Part shown: positions 6,444 through 14,711 of the stretch, piece after piece
How the letters are laid out: each line of letters starts with the position of its first letter
Numbering within the stretch: position 1 is the stretch's first letter
Assembly: GCA_037446135.1 (NCBI GenBank)
Contig: JBBIJD010000042.1
Location: 1-15,187 of the forward strand
Reading direction: 5' to 3'
Length of the DNA: 15,187 nucleotides
From: Candidatus Fraserbacteria bacterium
Lineage (GTDB): Bacteria; Bipolaricaulota; Bipolaricaulia; RBG-16-55-9; JANLFV01
Program-made: the position numbers and the translations under genes
The notes under the pieces: model-generated
The model's input: the letters and a program-made list of their open reading frames with translations, nothing else
Database searches by the model: none
What the model was told of the DNA's origin: nothing

Positions 6444-8630
6444 TCAGATGGCCGGATCGACATCGACTTTCAGCCCCTCCCGCCCGAGGGCCTGGAGGGC
6501 CTCCTGGACCGCCTCGCGCAAGGCTTTCCCATCTCGCCCCTTGAGCAGGAGCTGCCGCTGATAGCGCCCGCGGACGCGGGCCCGCGGGCCCCGGACCGGC
6601 CCGAGGACCTCGCAATGGGAGGCCAAGAGGCTCGCCTTGAGCTGCTCCGCCCGCTCATCTGCCCGCGCCGGGCTCATGTCCTCTACTGTCAATCGAATTA
6701 GCTGCGTGAACGGGGGATAGCCCAGTTCCTCCCGGAAGCGGAGCTCCTGGCAGTAGAACCCCGTGTAATCGCCCGCTGCGGCCGCTTGGATGGCATAATG
6801 CTCAGGATGATAGGTCTGGATGAGGACCTCCCCGCCCTTCGGCCCTCGTCCGGCCCGGCCCGCGGCTTGGGAGATGAGCTGGAAGGTCCGCTCGCCCGCG
6901 CGATAGTCCGGCAGGTCGAGCGTCGTATCCGCGGAGACGATCCCCACCAGGGTTACATTGGGGAAGTCCAGCCCCACCCCGATCATCTGGGTCCCGAAGA
7001 GGATATCGATCTTTCCCTGCCGGAAGGCCTCGAGGATCGGGCCATGCTCCCCTCGCCGGACGGCGTCGGAGTCCATCCTCCGGACTCGAGCAGTGGGGAA
7101 GAGTCGCCGGAGCTCCAGCTCGACCTGCTCGGTCCCCAGCCCGAAGAAGAGCAGCTCGGTCGAGCCGCAGCCGCGGCTTCGGCAGCGGGGGCGCTTCAGC
7201 GCATAGCCGCAGTAGTGGCAGAGCAACTCCTGCCCGCGGAGGTGGTAGACCAATGGGATCCCGCATTGGGGGCAGCGGACGGTCGCGCCGCAGCGCTTGC
7301 AGATGGCCGTGGAGAAGCCCCGCCGGTTGAGGAGTAGGATCGCTTGCTCGCCGTGCTTGAGCCGCGTCGCGAGCGCGGCGATCAGCCGCTCGCTGAAGAC
7401 CGTCGAGGGCGGCTCACGGTGCATTTCGATCAGCTCGACCCTCGGCCTACCTGGCCCGACGACTCGCTCCCTCAGCTCCAGGAGCTCGAGTTCCTCCCGC
7501 TGGGCGCGGTAGTAGCTCTCGACCATCGGTGTAGCGCTCCCTAAGATCACGGTCGCACCGGAGAGCTCGGCCCTTTTCAGGGCCACCTCCCGGAGATGGT
7601 AGCGCAGCGGGGGCTCATCCTGCTTGTAGGTCGGCTCATGCTCCTCATCGACGACGATCAGGCCCAGGTCCTTGAAGGGCGCGAAGATCGCGGCCCGGAC
7701 GCCGATCACGACCCTGGCCTCACCGGAGGCGAGCCTGGCCCACTGGCGGGCCGACTCAGCCGCGGTCAGCCCGGAATGGTAGACAGCAATCTGCTCTCCG
7801 AACTGATGGCGGAACCGCGCGACCAGTTGAGGAGTGAGCGAGATCTCCGGGACCACTACGATCGCTGCTCTCCCTAGCTCTAGAGCCCGCGCAGCGGCAC
7901 GGATGTAGAGCTCGGTCTTCCCGCTCCCATTGACCCCATGGAGGAGGAAGGGCTTGGCCTTCCTCGTCTCCAGGGCCGCGACGATCCTCGCGAGGGCGAG
8001 CCGCTGCTCCCCGGTCAGCTCGACCCGAGCCGCTGGTTCATGAAAATCCGGGGCCGGTGGGCCGCTTGCCGGCTCAAGGGTGATCAAGCCCTTCGTCACG
8101 AGCCCCTTCAGGGGCTCTCTGGTGCAGCCGACCATCCGGAGGAGCTCGCCCTCGCTCGGGGGAGCGGAAAGGGCGAGGAGGGCCCGCAGGAGAGCCCGCT
8201 GCTGGGGCCCCAAGGCCTCGAGCTGGGCCAGGGCCTCCTCGAGGCTCACCCTCAGCTTCACATACTTCGGGGCCCGTGGCCGGCCGGCCGCAGCAAGCCC
8301 AGGTCGGGGCCGGACCCGCTGGGGGATGAGCCCTCGCAGGACCAGTCCGAGCGGGGTGAGATAGTATTCGGAGAGCCAGCGGGCGAGCTCGAGCCTCGGG
8401 CCGTCGAGGACTGGCTCAGGGTCGAGGAACTCGAGGATGGGGAGCAGCTCCCCGGGATACTCGCTCCGCTCCTTGAGCCCGATGAGGAGGCCCTCGAGCA
8501 CCTCCCCTCTGAAGGGGACACGGACCCGTTTCCCGACCTCCGCCTCCTTGAGGAAGAGGGGCAAGACCGCGTAGTCGAAGGTCCGGTCCACATTGACCGG
8601 GAGGGCCACCTCAGCGACATCTTTCGCCAT
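6444..8630 (-). CDS. priA: Primosomal protein N' (replication restart helicase)
   Basis: GVNGSGKTE Walker A, VPEISLTPQ, DEEHE..YKQ, GSATP, LNRRGF, Cys-rich Zn region, GTQMI..GLDFPNV, Q.AGRAGR, YPPF, DVDP terminus. Confidence 0.97.
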   Translation of the reverse strand: MAKDVAEVALPVNVDRTFDYAVLPLFLKEAEVGKRVRVPFRGEVLEGLLIGLKERSEYPGELLPILEFLDPEPVLDGPRLELARWLSEYYLTPLGLVLRGLIPQRVRPRPGLAAAGRPRAPKYVKLRVSLEEALAQLEALGPQQRALLRALLALSAPPSEGELLRMVGCTREPLKGLVTKGLITLEPASGPPAPDFHEPAARVELTGEQRLALARIVAALETRKAKPFLLHGVNGSGKTELYIRAAARALELGRAAIVVVPEISLTPQLVARFRHQFGEQIAVYHSGLTAAESARQWARLASGEARVVIGVRAAIFAPFKDLGLIVVDEEHEPTYKQDEPPLRYHLREVALKRAELSGATVILGSATPMVESYYRAQREELELLELRERVVGPGRPRVELIEMHREPPSTVFSERLIAALATRLKHGEQAILLLNRRGFSTAICKRCGATVRCPQCGIPLVYHLRGQELLCHYCGYALKRPRCRSRGCGSTELLFFGLGTEQVELELRRLFPTARVRRMDSDAVRRGEHGPILEAFRQGKIDILFGTQMIGVGLDFPNVTLVGIVSADTTLDLPDYRAGERTFQLISQAAGRAGRGPKGGEVLIQTYHPEHYAIQAAAAGDYTGFYCQELRFREELGYPPFTQLIRLTVEDMSPARADERAEQLKASLLASHCEVLGPVRGPRARVRGRYQRQLLLKGRDGKALREAVQEALQALGREGLKVDVDPAI

Positions 8631-9951
8631 CAGCTATCGGCCAAGCCAAGTTCTCAGGGCCCTGCTCGAACCGGCTGAAGATCTCATCGACATTCCTGAG
8701 GTAGTAGCGGTAGTCGAAGGCCTCCTCGATCTCCTCCGCGGAGAGGCGCCGCCGGACCTCTTTGTCCTCGAGCAGGAGCTCCTTCAGGCCCTTCCCCTCC
8801 GCCCGGGCCTGGGCCGTCAGCCGCTGGAGCAATTCGTGGGCCTCGCGGCGGGCTAGGCCCTTCCCCACCAGCTTCAAGAGGAGGGCCTGCGAGAAGATCG
8901 CCCCCCCAGTCAGCTCCAAGTTCCGGGCCATCCTCTCTTGGTCGATGACAAGATGCTCGAGGAGCTCGCGCATCCGCCGGAGCATCCAATGGAGGGCGAG
9001 GAAGGAGTCGGGGATGATGACCCGCTCGACCGAGCTGTGGGAGATATCCCGTTCGTGCCAGAGGGCGATGTCCTCTAAAGCCGCCTGGAGGTTGGCCCGC
9101 AAGAGCCGCGCCAGGCCAGAGATCGTCTCGCTTGTAATGGGGTTTTCTTTGTGAGGCATCGAGGATGAGCCATGAGGGAAGCCCTCATGGACCTCGGCCA
9201 GCTCCGTCCGGGAGAGGTTCCGGACCTCGACGGCCAGCCGCTCCAGCCCGGCCCCGAGGAGTGCCAAGGCCGCGAGGGCCTGAGCATGACGGTCCCGGGC
9301 GATCACCTGATCGCTGACCTTGCAGGGCTTCAGTCCCAGCTTGGCACAGACCAGCTCCTCGGCCTTGGGAGGGAGGTGGGCATAGGTCCCGACCGAGCCG
9401 GAGAGCTTGCCATAGGAAATCGCTTCTTTGGCCTGCTCTAGCCGCAAGAGGTCCCGCTCGAGCTCATAGTGGAAGTTCAAGAGCTTCAACCCGAAGGTGA
9501 GCGGCTCGGCCTGGACACCATGAGTCCGCCCGACCATCAAGGTCCATTTGTGCTCGAGAGCCCTCCTCTTGATGATGGCCAGGAGCTCTCTCAGCTCGCC
9601 GATGAGGATCTCTAAGCCATCGCGCATCGCCAGGGCTAGGGCCGTATCCTTGATGTCCGAGGAGGTCAGGCCGAAGTGGAGGAACCGCCCTTCAGGGCCC
9701 ACTTGCTCCTCGAGGGCATAGAGGAAGGCCAAAAGGTCATGCCCGATCTCTTGCTCGATCGCCTTAGCCCGCTGGATCGCCTCAGGATTGATGGAGGCCC
9801 GCTCGCGGATCGCGCTCGCCGCCTCCTTTGGGATCAGGCCACACTCGGCTAAGGCCTCGCTGGCCGCCAGCTCGACCTCTAGCCAGCGGCGGTAGTCCGC
9901 CTCCTCAGTCCAGAGCTCACGCATCGGCGAGAGGGAGTAACGCGCAATCAT
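8611..9951 (-). CDS. purB: Adenylosuccinate lyase
   Basis: Start reassigned to ATG 9951 (MIARYS), just after the ribD stop. HFGLTSSD, GRTHGVQAEP, GKLSGSVGTY, GSSSMPHKENP signature, LWHERDISHSSVER. Overlaps priA start by 20 nt. Confidence 0.97.
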   Translation of the reverse strand: MIARYSLSPMRELWTEEADYRRWLEVELAASEALAECGLIPKEAASAIRERASINPEAIQRAKAIEQEIGHDLLAFLYALEEQVGPEGRFLHFGLTSSDIKDTALALAMRDGLEILIGELRELLAIIKRRALEHKWTLMVGRTHGVQAEPLTFGLKLLNFHYELERDLLRLEQAKEAISYGKLSGSVGTYAHLPPKAEELVCAKLGLKPCKVSDQVIARDRHAQALAALALLGAGLERLAVEVRNLSRTELAEVHEGFPHGSSSMPHKENPITSETISGLARLLRANLQAALEDIALWHERDISHSSVERVIIPDSFLALHWMLRRMRELLEHLVIDQERMARNLELTGGAIFSQALLLKLVGKGLARREAHELLQRLTAQARAEGKGLKELLLEDKEVRRRLSAEEIEEAFDYRYYLRNVDEIFSRFEQGPENLAWPIADGERCR

Positions 9952-9952
9952 C

Positions 9953-11044
9953 TCATCCCAGGTAGCCCTCGTAGACCAGGTCACCATCGAGCATTCTCAC
10001 AGAAATGTCCTTCAATTTCCAGGCCTCTTCCAGCCTCGCCACTCCCTGGCCCCCGACGGCCGAGGGGGCCTCCACGCCCGCGATGATCTTCGGAGCGATG
10101 ATGAAGATGACTTTATCGACCAAGCCGGCCTCGAGGAAGCCCGCGGCCACCGTCGGCCCGCCCTCGACGAGCAGACTGTCACACCCCTCGGCAGCGAGCC
10201 GCTCCAGGAGCGCTTCCAGATCTACCCTGCCATCCCGAGCCCCAAGGCGCCAGACCCTCGCCCCCCTGCTCAGGAGGGCTGCCTCCTTCTCCTGGGGCAT
10301 CTGCTCGGTCGTGGCGATCACCGTCGGGGCTGGGCTCTCCAGGTTCAAGATCTTGGCTTCAAGAGGGGTTCGCCCCCGGGAGTCCAAGATGATCCGCCAT
10401 GGGTCCCGGGCCCCCTCCAAGCGGGCAGTCAACTGCGGATCGTCCTTCAAGATGGTATTGACCCCGACGAGGACTGCCGCGTATCTGTTCCTCAAGCGAT
10501 GGACCAGCTCCTGGGAGCGCTCATTGGTGATCCACCTGGACTCGCCGGCCCTGGTAGCGACCTTCCCGTCGAGCGAGAGGGCCAATTTCAGGACCACGAA
10601 TGGCCTCTTAGTAGTGATGAACTTGAAGAATGGCTCGTTGAGCCTCCTCGCCTCCTTCTCCAAGATCCCTTCGATCACCTCGATCCCCGCCTCCTTGAGC
10701 CGGGTGAGCCCGCGCCCATCCACCAGAGGATTGGGATCACGGACAGCCACGAAGACCCGCTTCACCCCGGAAGAGATGATCCGCTCAGTGCAAGGAGGGG
10801 TCTTCCCCCAGTGGGCGCAGGGCTCTAAGCTGACATAAAGATCGGCCCCTTCCGCTTCACATCCTGCCGCATCGAGAGCCACGATCTCGGCATGAGGGCC
10901 GCCGAACCGCTCATGATAGCCCTGGCCGACAATCCTCCCTTCCTTAACGACGACGGCCCCGACCAAGGGATTGGGGTTCGTCCGGCCTGCGCCCTGCTCG
11001 GCTAGCTCTAAGGCCCGGCGCATGAACCGCTCATGCTCATCCAT
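9953..11044 (-). CDS. ribD: Riboflavin biosynthesis bifunctional deaminase/reductase
   Basis: PNPLVGAVVV, HAE, LEPC.H.GKTPPC Zn motif, SLDGK.A...GES.WI, DDPQLTAR, LLVEGG. Confidence 0.97.
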   Translation of the reverse strand: MDEHERFMRRALELAEQGAGRTNPNPLVGAVVVKEGRIVGQGYHERFGGPHAEIVALDAAGCEAEGADLYVSLEPCAHWGKTPPCTERIISSGVKRVFVAVRDPNPLVDGRGLTRLKEAGIEVIEGILEKEARRLNEPFFKFITTKRPFVVLKLALSLDGKVATRAGESRWITNERSQELVHRLRNRYAAVLVGVNTILKDDPQLTARLEGARDPWRIILDSRGRTPLEAKILNLESPAPTVIATTEQMPQEKEAALLSRGARVWRLGARDGRVDLEALLERLAAEGCDSLLVEGGPTVAAGFLEAGLVDKVIFIIAPKIIAGVEAPSAVGGQGVARLEEAWKLKDISVRMLDGDLVYEGYLG

Positions 11045-11055
11045 GCTAGCTCCGT

Positions 11056-11712
11056 TTAAGGTCCGCCTCCGGCGGCCCTCCTCAGCCCGGCGATCGCCCC
11101 TCTTCGGTCCTTTTGCCCGAAGATCGCCGTCCCCGCGACGATGATATCCGCGCCAGCAGCGACGACCTCGCCGATGTTCTCCTCATTGATCCCGCCATCG
11201 ACCGCGATCTCGACCCCCAGCCCGCGCCCGGTGATCTCCTCCTTCAGGCGCCTGATCCTCCCCAAGGAGTCAGGGAGGAACTCCTGCCCCCCGAAGCCCG
11301 GCTCGACGCTCATCACTAAGACGAGATCGACCTCCCTTAGGAGACCGAAGAGGGCCTCGACCGGGGTCCGGGGCTTGAGTGCTATGCCCACCTTCGCCCC
11401 GGCCTTTCGGATCTCAGCGATCAGTGGGGCTGGCCTAGCCACGACCTCGATGTGAAAGGTGAGGACATCCCCCGACTTAAGCCTGAATCTGCCGATATAA
11501 CTTTCAGGATCGGTGATCATGAGGTGGATGCCAAAAGGGATAGCAGTGCTATCTCTCAGGGCATTGACCACCGCCGGGCCGATGGAGATATTCGGGACGA
11601 AGTGGCCGTCCATCACATCGACATGGAGGGCCTCGACCAGCCCCTCTACCGCGGCGATCTCCTCCCGGAGCCGGCCGAAGTCGGCGGCCAGGAGAGAAGG
11701 GGCGAGCTTCAT
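11056..11712 (-). CDS. rpe: Ribulose-phosphate 3-epimerase
   Basis: APSLLAADF, HVDVMDGHFVPN, HLMI, MSVEPGFGGQ, VDGGIN, VAGTAIF. Confidence 0.97.
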   Translation of the reverse strand: MKLAPSLLAADFGRLREEIAAVEGLVEALHVDVMDGHFVPNISIGPAVVNALRDSTAIPFGIHLMITDPESYIGRFRLKSGDVLTFHIEVVARPAPLIAEIRKAGAKVGIALKPRTPVEALFGLLREVDLVLVMSVEPGFGGQEFLPDSLGRIRRLKEEITGRGLGVEIAVDGGINEENIGEVVAAGADIIVAGTAIFGQKDRRGAIAGLRRAAGGGP

Positions 11713-12386
11713 TCCCGCCGGCGGCTGGCGAGGACGAAGTAGAGCAACTGGAGGATGGCCGTAGCCGCGGCCGCGACATAGGTGAGGGCCGCCGCGCCGA
11801 GGACTTTCTTCACCGCCTCGAGCTCCTGGCCGGTGGCGATATAGCCCCCGCTCTGGAGGAGCCCGATCGCTCTCCGGCTGGCATTGAACTCGACCGGGAG
11901 GGTCACCAAGGTGAAGAGGACGAAGAAGGAGTAAGCGATGATCCCCAGGCTCACCAGCATCGGGATCTGGAAGACTAGCCCCAAGAGGAAGAGCGGGACG
12001 GCCAACTGGGAGCCGAAGTTGACCACTGGGACGATCGCCGTTCGGAGGGCCAATGGCCGGTAGAGCTGGGCATGCTGGATCGCATGGCCGACCTCGTGGG
12101 CCGCGACCCCCAAGGAAGCGAGCGAGCGGCTCTCTCCCTGTGAGAGCCGGAGAATCCTCGTCCGGGGATCATAGTGGTCGGTCAAGACCCCCCGGATCTG
12201 TTCGATCTTCACATTCTGGAGCCCGGCCCCATCGAGGAGCCGCCTTGCTAGCCGCTCCGCGCTGATCCCGGAGGAGGCACTCACTTGGGAATAGTGCGTG
12301 AAGGTGCTCCGGACCCGCCAATGGGCATAGAGGCCGAGGAGCAGCGCCGGCAGGAGCATGATAAAGTAAAGCGGATCGAATATCAT
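11709..12386 (-). CDS. Membrane zinc metallopeptidase (YugP / Zn_peptidase_2 family)
   Basis: LTDHYDP, VAAHEVGHAIQH (HExxH), LVTLPVEFNASRRA, AAALTYVAAA; 4 nt overlap with rpe. Confidence 0.93.
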   Translation of the reverse strand: MIFDPLYFIMLLPALLLGLYAHWRVRSTFTHYSQVSASSGISAERLARRLLDGAGLQNVKIEQIRGVLTDHYDPRTRILRLSQGESRSLASLGVAAHEVGHAIQHAQLYRPLALRTAIVPVVNFGSQLAVPLFLLGLVFQIPMLVSLGIIAYSFFVLFTLVTLPVEFNASRRAIGLLQSGGYIATGQELEAVKKVLGAAALTYVAAAATAILQLLYFVLASRRRE

Positions 12387-12406
12387 ACCCTTCCGATCAC
12401 CGGGGT

Positions 12407-12435
12407 ATTATAACGAGCCGCTCGGGCCGGATCAA
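12407..12435 (-). promoter_or_regulatory. Sigma70-type promoter of the peptidase-rpe-ribD-purB-priA operon
   Basis: Minus strand TTGATC (12435-12430), 17 nt, TATAAT (12412-12407). Confidence 0.75.
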
Positions 12436-12456
12436 CTGTCTGCCCGCCACGCCACT

Positions 12457-12485
12457 TTGCCTCCACCCCGCTCGTATGCTAAGAT
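12457..12485 (+). promoter_or_regulatory. Sigma70-type promoter of spoVG-rnc (extended -10)
   Basis: TTGCCT (12457-12462), 17 nt, TAAGAT (12480-12485) preceded by TGn; SD GAGGTG upstream of ATG 12517. Confidence 0.7.
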
Positions 12486-12516
12486 AAATCAATCGCTCGC
12501 CGAGCAGAGGTGGACT

Positions 12517-12813
12517 ATGGAGATCACTAAGGTTGAGATCCGGCCGATGAAGAGCGAGGGGAACTTGAAGGCCTTCTGTTCAGTAGTCTTCGACGATGTC
12601 TTCGTCGTCCATTCCGTAAAGGTGATCCAGGGGAAGGGGCGGCTCTTCGTCGCTATGCCCAGCCGGGAGGTGGGGGATGGCGAGTTCCGTGACATCGCCC
12701 ATCCGATAAACAATGAGTTCCGCATGAAGCTGGAGAAGGTGGTCCTGGACAGATACCATGAGGAGATCGAGCAAGAAGGAGAGGAGCTCCTCACTGAGGA
12801 TGTCACCCTCTAG
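12517..12813 (+). CDS. spoVG: SpoVG family nucleic-acid-binding regulator, 98 aa
   Basis: MEITKVEIR, LKAFCSVVFDDVFVVHSVKVIQG, LFVAMPSR, GEFRDIAHPIN.EFR match SpoVG; start reassigned to 12517. Confidence 0.95.
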   Translation: MEITKVEIRPMKSEGNLKAFCSVVFDDVFVVHSVKVIQGKGRLFVAMPSREVGDGEFRDIAHPINNEFRMKLEKVVLDRYHEEIEQEGEELLTEDVTL

Positions 12814-13540
12814 TTCCGGTCCGGAGGCGGCCCTAAAGGCCCTGGAGGAGGAGCTGGGCCTGGGGGTCCCCGCCGCGGAGCTCCGTCGGGCCTTCCTTCA
12901 TAGCTCTTATATCAACGAGCGGCCGGAGGAGGGCGAGTCCAATGAGCGGCTGGAGTTCCTCGGTGATGCGGTAATCGAGTTGGCGATCAGTGAGCACCTC
13001 TTCCGGAGCTTCCCGGACTACACCGAGGGTGAGCTGACGAAGATCAAGTCGGTGGTGGTGAGCGGGCCGCTCCTGGCCGAGCGGGCGAGTGCCCTCGGCC
13101 TTGGGGAGGCCCTCTTCCTCGGGGTGGGTGAGGAGGAGAGCGGCGGGCGGATGAGGCAGTCGATCCTGGCCGACGCCTTCGAGGCCCTCGTAGGGCTGAT
13201 CTTTTGTGAGCGGGGCTATGAGGAGGCCGCGCGGTTCGTGATCGAGCAGCTCCGCGAGGAGGTCGAGCGGGTCGAGCGGAATCAGCGGAGCTGGGACTAC
13301 AAGTCCCTCCTCCAGGAGGAGGCCCAGCGGCGCGGGCTCCGGCCGGTCTACACGCTCCTCCAGCAAGAGGGGGCTGACCACCAGAAGGTCTTCACTGTCC
13401 GGGTCGAGGTGGCAGGCTATGAGGGGCTGGGGCGAGGGCGGAGGGTGAAGGAGGCGGAGCAGGCCGCGGCCAAGCAAGTCTACTTCAAGCTCGAGAGCGC
13501 GAGCTCTCAGGATCGAGACACAGGCGCGGAGGGGCCTTGA
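12800..13540 (+). CDS. rnc: Ribonuclease III
   Basis: AFLHSSY.NE, NERLEFLGDAV signature, EGELTK.KS.VV, LADAFEALVG, dsRBD DYKSLLQE...F.V.V...G.G...K.AEQ.AA. Start ATG 12800 is inferred. Confidence 0.96.
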   Translation: MSPSSSGPEAALKALEEELGLGVPAAELRRAFLHSSYINERPEEGESNERLEFLGDAVIELAISEHLFRSFPDYTEGELTKIKSVVVSGPLLAERASALGLGEALFLGVGEEESGGRMRQSILADAFEALVGLIFCERGYEEAARFVIEQLREEVERVERNQRSWDYKSLLQEEAQRRGLRPVYTLLQQEGADHQKVFTVRVEVAGYEGLGRGRRVKEAEQAAAKQVYFKLESASSQDRDTGAEGP

Positions 13541-13565
13541 TCCCTCGACCTTCGCTCGCTATACT
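13537..13565 (+). promoter_or_regulatory. Sigma70-type promoter of tRNA-Arg
   Basis: TTGATC (13537-13542, overlapping the rnc stop), 17 nt, TATACT (13560-13565). Confidence 0.7.
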
Positions 13566-13587
13566 ACTTTGGATTGCTGGAGGGCGG

Positions 13588-13664
13588 GCGCCTGTAGCTC
13601 AGTTGGATAGAGCGAGGGGTTCCTAACCCCTAGGCCGGGGGTTCGAGTCCTCCCAGGCGCACCA
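13588..13664 (+). tRNA. tRNA-Arg, anticodon CCT (reads AGG), CCA encoded
   Basis: Acceptor GCGCCTG/CAGGCGC + A + CCA; D arm GCTC-AGTTGGATA-GAGC with A20 (Arg identity); anticodon stem AGGGG/CCCCT, loop TTCCTAA; T arm GGGGG-TTCGAGT-CCTCC. Confidence 0.97.
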
Positions 13665-13667
13665 GGC

Positions 13668-13693
13668 AGGCGGCGCAGCCGCCTCCTTACCTT
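13668..13693 (+). terminator. GC-rich hairpin just after tRNA-Arg, possible intrinsic terminator
   Basis: AGGCGGC (13668-13674) / GCCGCCT (13678-13684), followed by a pyrimidine-rich but weak U tract CCTTACCTT. Confidence 0.45.
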
Positions 13694-13720
13694 GGCCAGC
13701 TCTAAGGCCAGCCAAGGTAA
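13687..13720. repeat. Perfect 10 bp inverted repeat with 14 nt spacer
   Basis: TTACCTTGGC (13687-13696) / GCCAAGGTAA (13711-13720), ending 7 nt before the GNAT ATG. Confidence 0.8.
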
Positions 13721-13727
13721 AACTCTC

Positions 13728-14681
13728 ATGGCAACTTCAACGGGGCTACGGGTGCGGGAGTATCGCTCGGGGGACTTCGAGCCGATGATGGAGCTCGCCA
13801 AGGTCGCCTTCCCTCAAGAGATGGAGGTCTTCGGCTTCGACGAGGCGAGCATAAGGCGCCAGGCCCGGCTCTACTCCTTCGTCCAGGCGATGCAGCGGCT
13901 CACGGGCCGGTTCTTCTTCAAGATCTATGTGGGCGAGCTGGCCGGCCAGCTCGTGGGGACGACGAGCTTGAGCCGCGAGGGCGAGGCCTGGTATATCGGG
14001 ATGGTGATGGTCTCTCCGGCTCACCGCCGGAAGGGCTATGGCCGAGCCCTGGTCGAGGCCGCCTGCGATGAGGCCCGCGCCCGAGGGGTCAAGCGAGTGA
14101 TCCTCCATGTCCGTGAGGACAATGCCCCCGCGAAGAACCTCTACCTCTCGCTCGGCTTCAGCCTCTTCGAGCGGGTGCTCCACTTCACCCGAGAGGCCAT
14201 GCCCCTTGAGCAAGGGCGAGAGCACAAAGGGCTCCCCCAGGGGTATCGGCTGAGGAGGATCGGACCATTCGACCGCCAGGCCTTCAAGGTCATCGATGCC
14301 TGCCGGGAGGAGCGCTCAGCTGAGGTCTATGGCCCGAGCCACTACCCTCCGCTCTATATCCGGCTCCTCTTCCATCTCTTCCGGCCCAACTTGATCGAGC
14401 GGTATGCCGTCCTGGCCGATGGGAGATGGGCCGGGGTCTATACCTTCAACTTCACCTCGAAGAAGGAGGCGGCCCACGCCTCAGTCCGGCTCTACCGCGA
14501 GGACCGGGGGCGAGGGCTCGAGCTAGCTCTCCTCGCCCGAGCCTTGGCTCACGCTAAGGAGCTAGGGGCCCCGAGGCTAGCGGTCGCGGCCCATGAGGAG
14601 AATGAACCTTTGCTTGAGGCCTGTGCCTCTCTCGGGTTCACCAGGTCATTCGTCATGGAGGGGATGGTCCGGGGGCTCTAG
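13728..14681 (+). CDS. Tandem-domain GNAT family N-acetyltransferase
   Basis: First domain V.VSPAHRRKGYG...V.LHVREDNAPAKNLYLSLGF; second domain EDRGRGLE...ENEPLLEACASLGF. Start ATG 13728 inferred. Confidence 0.9.
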   Translation: MATSTGLRVREYRSGDFEPMMELAKVAFPQEMEVFGFDEASIRRQARLYSFVQAMQRLTGRFFFKIYVGELAGQLVGTTSLSREGEAWYIGMVMVSPAHRRKGYGRALVEAACDEARARGVKRVILHVREDNAPAKNLYLSLGFSLFERVLHFTREAMPLEQGREHKGLPQGYRLRRIGPFDRQAFKVIDACREERSAEVYGPSHYPPLYIRLLFHLFRPNLIERYAVLADGRWAGVYTFNFTSKKEAAHASVRLYREDRGRGLELALLARALAHAKELGAPRLAVAAHEENEPLLEACASLGFTRSFVMEGMVRGL

Positions 14682-14711
14682 CCGCCCCCTTAAACTTCGC
14701 ACACTCTTACA

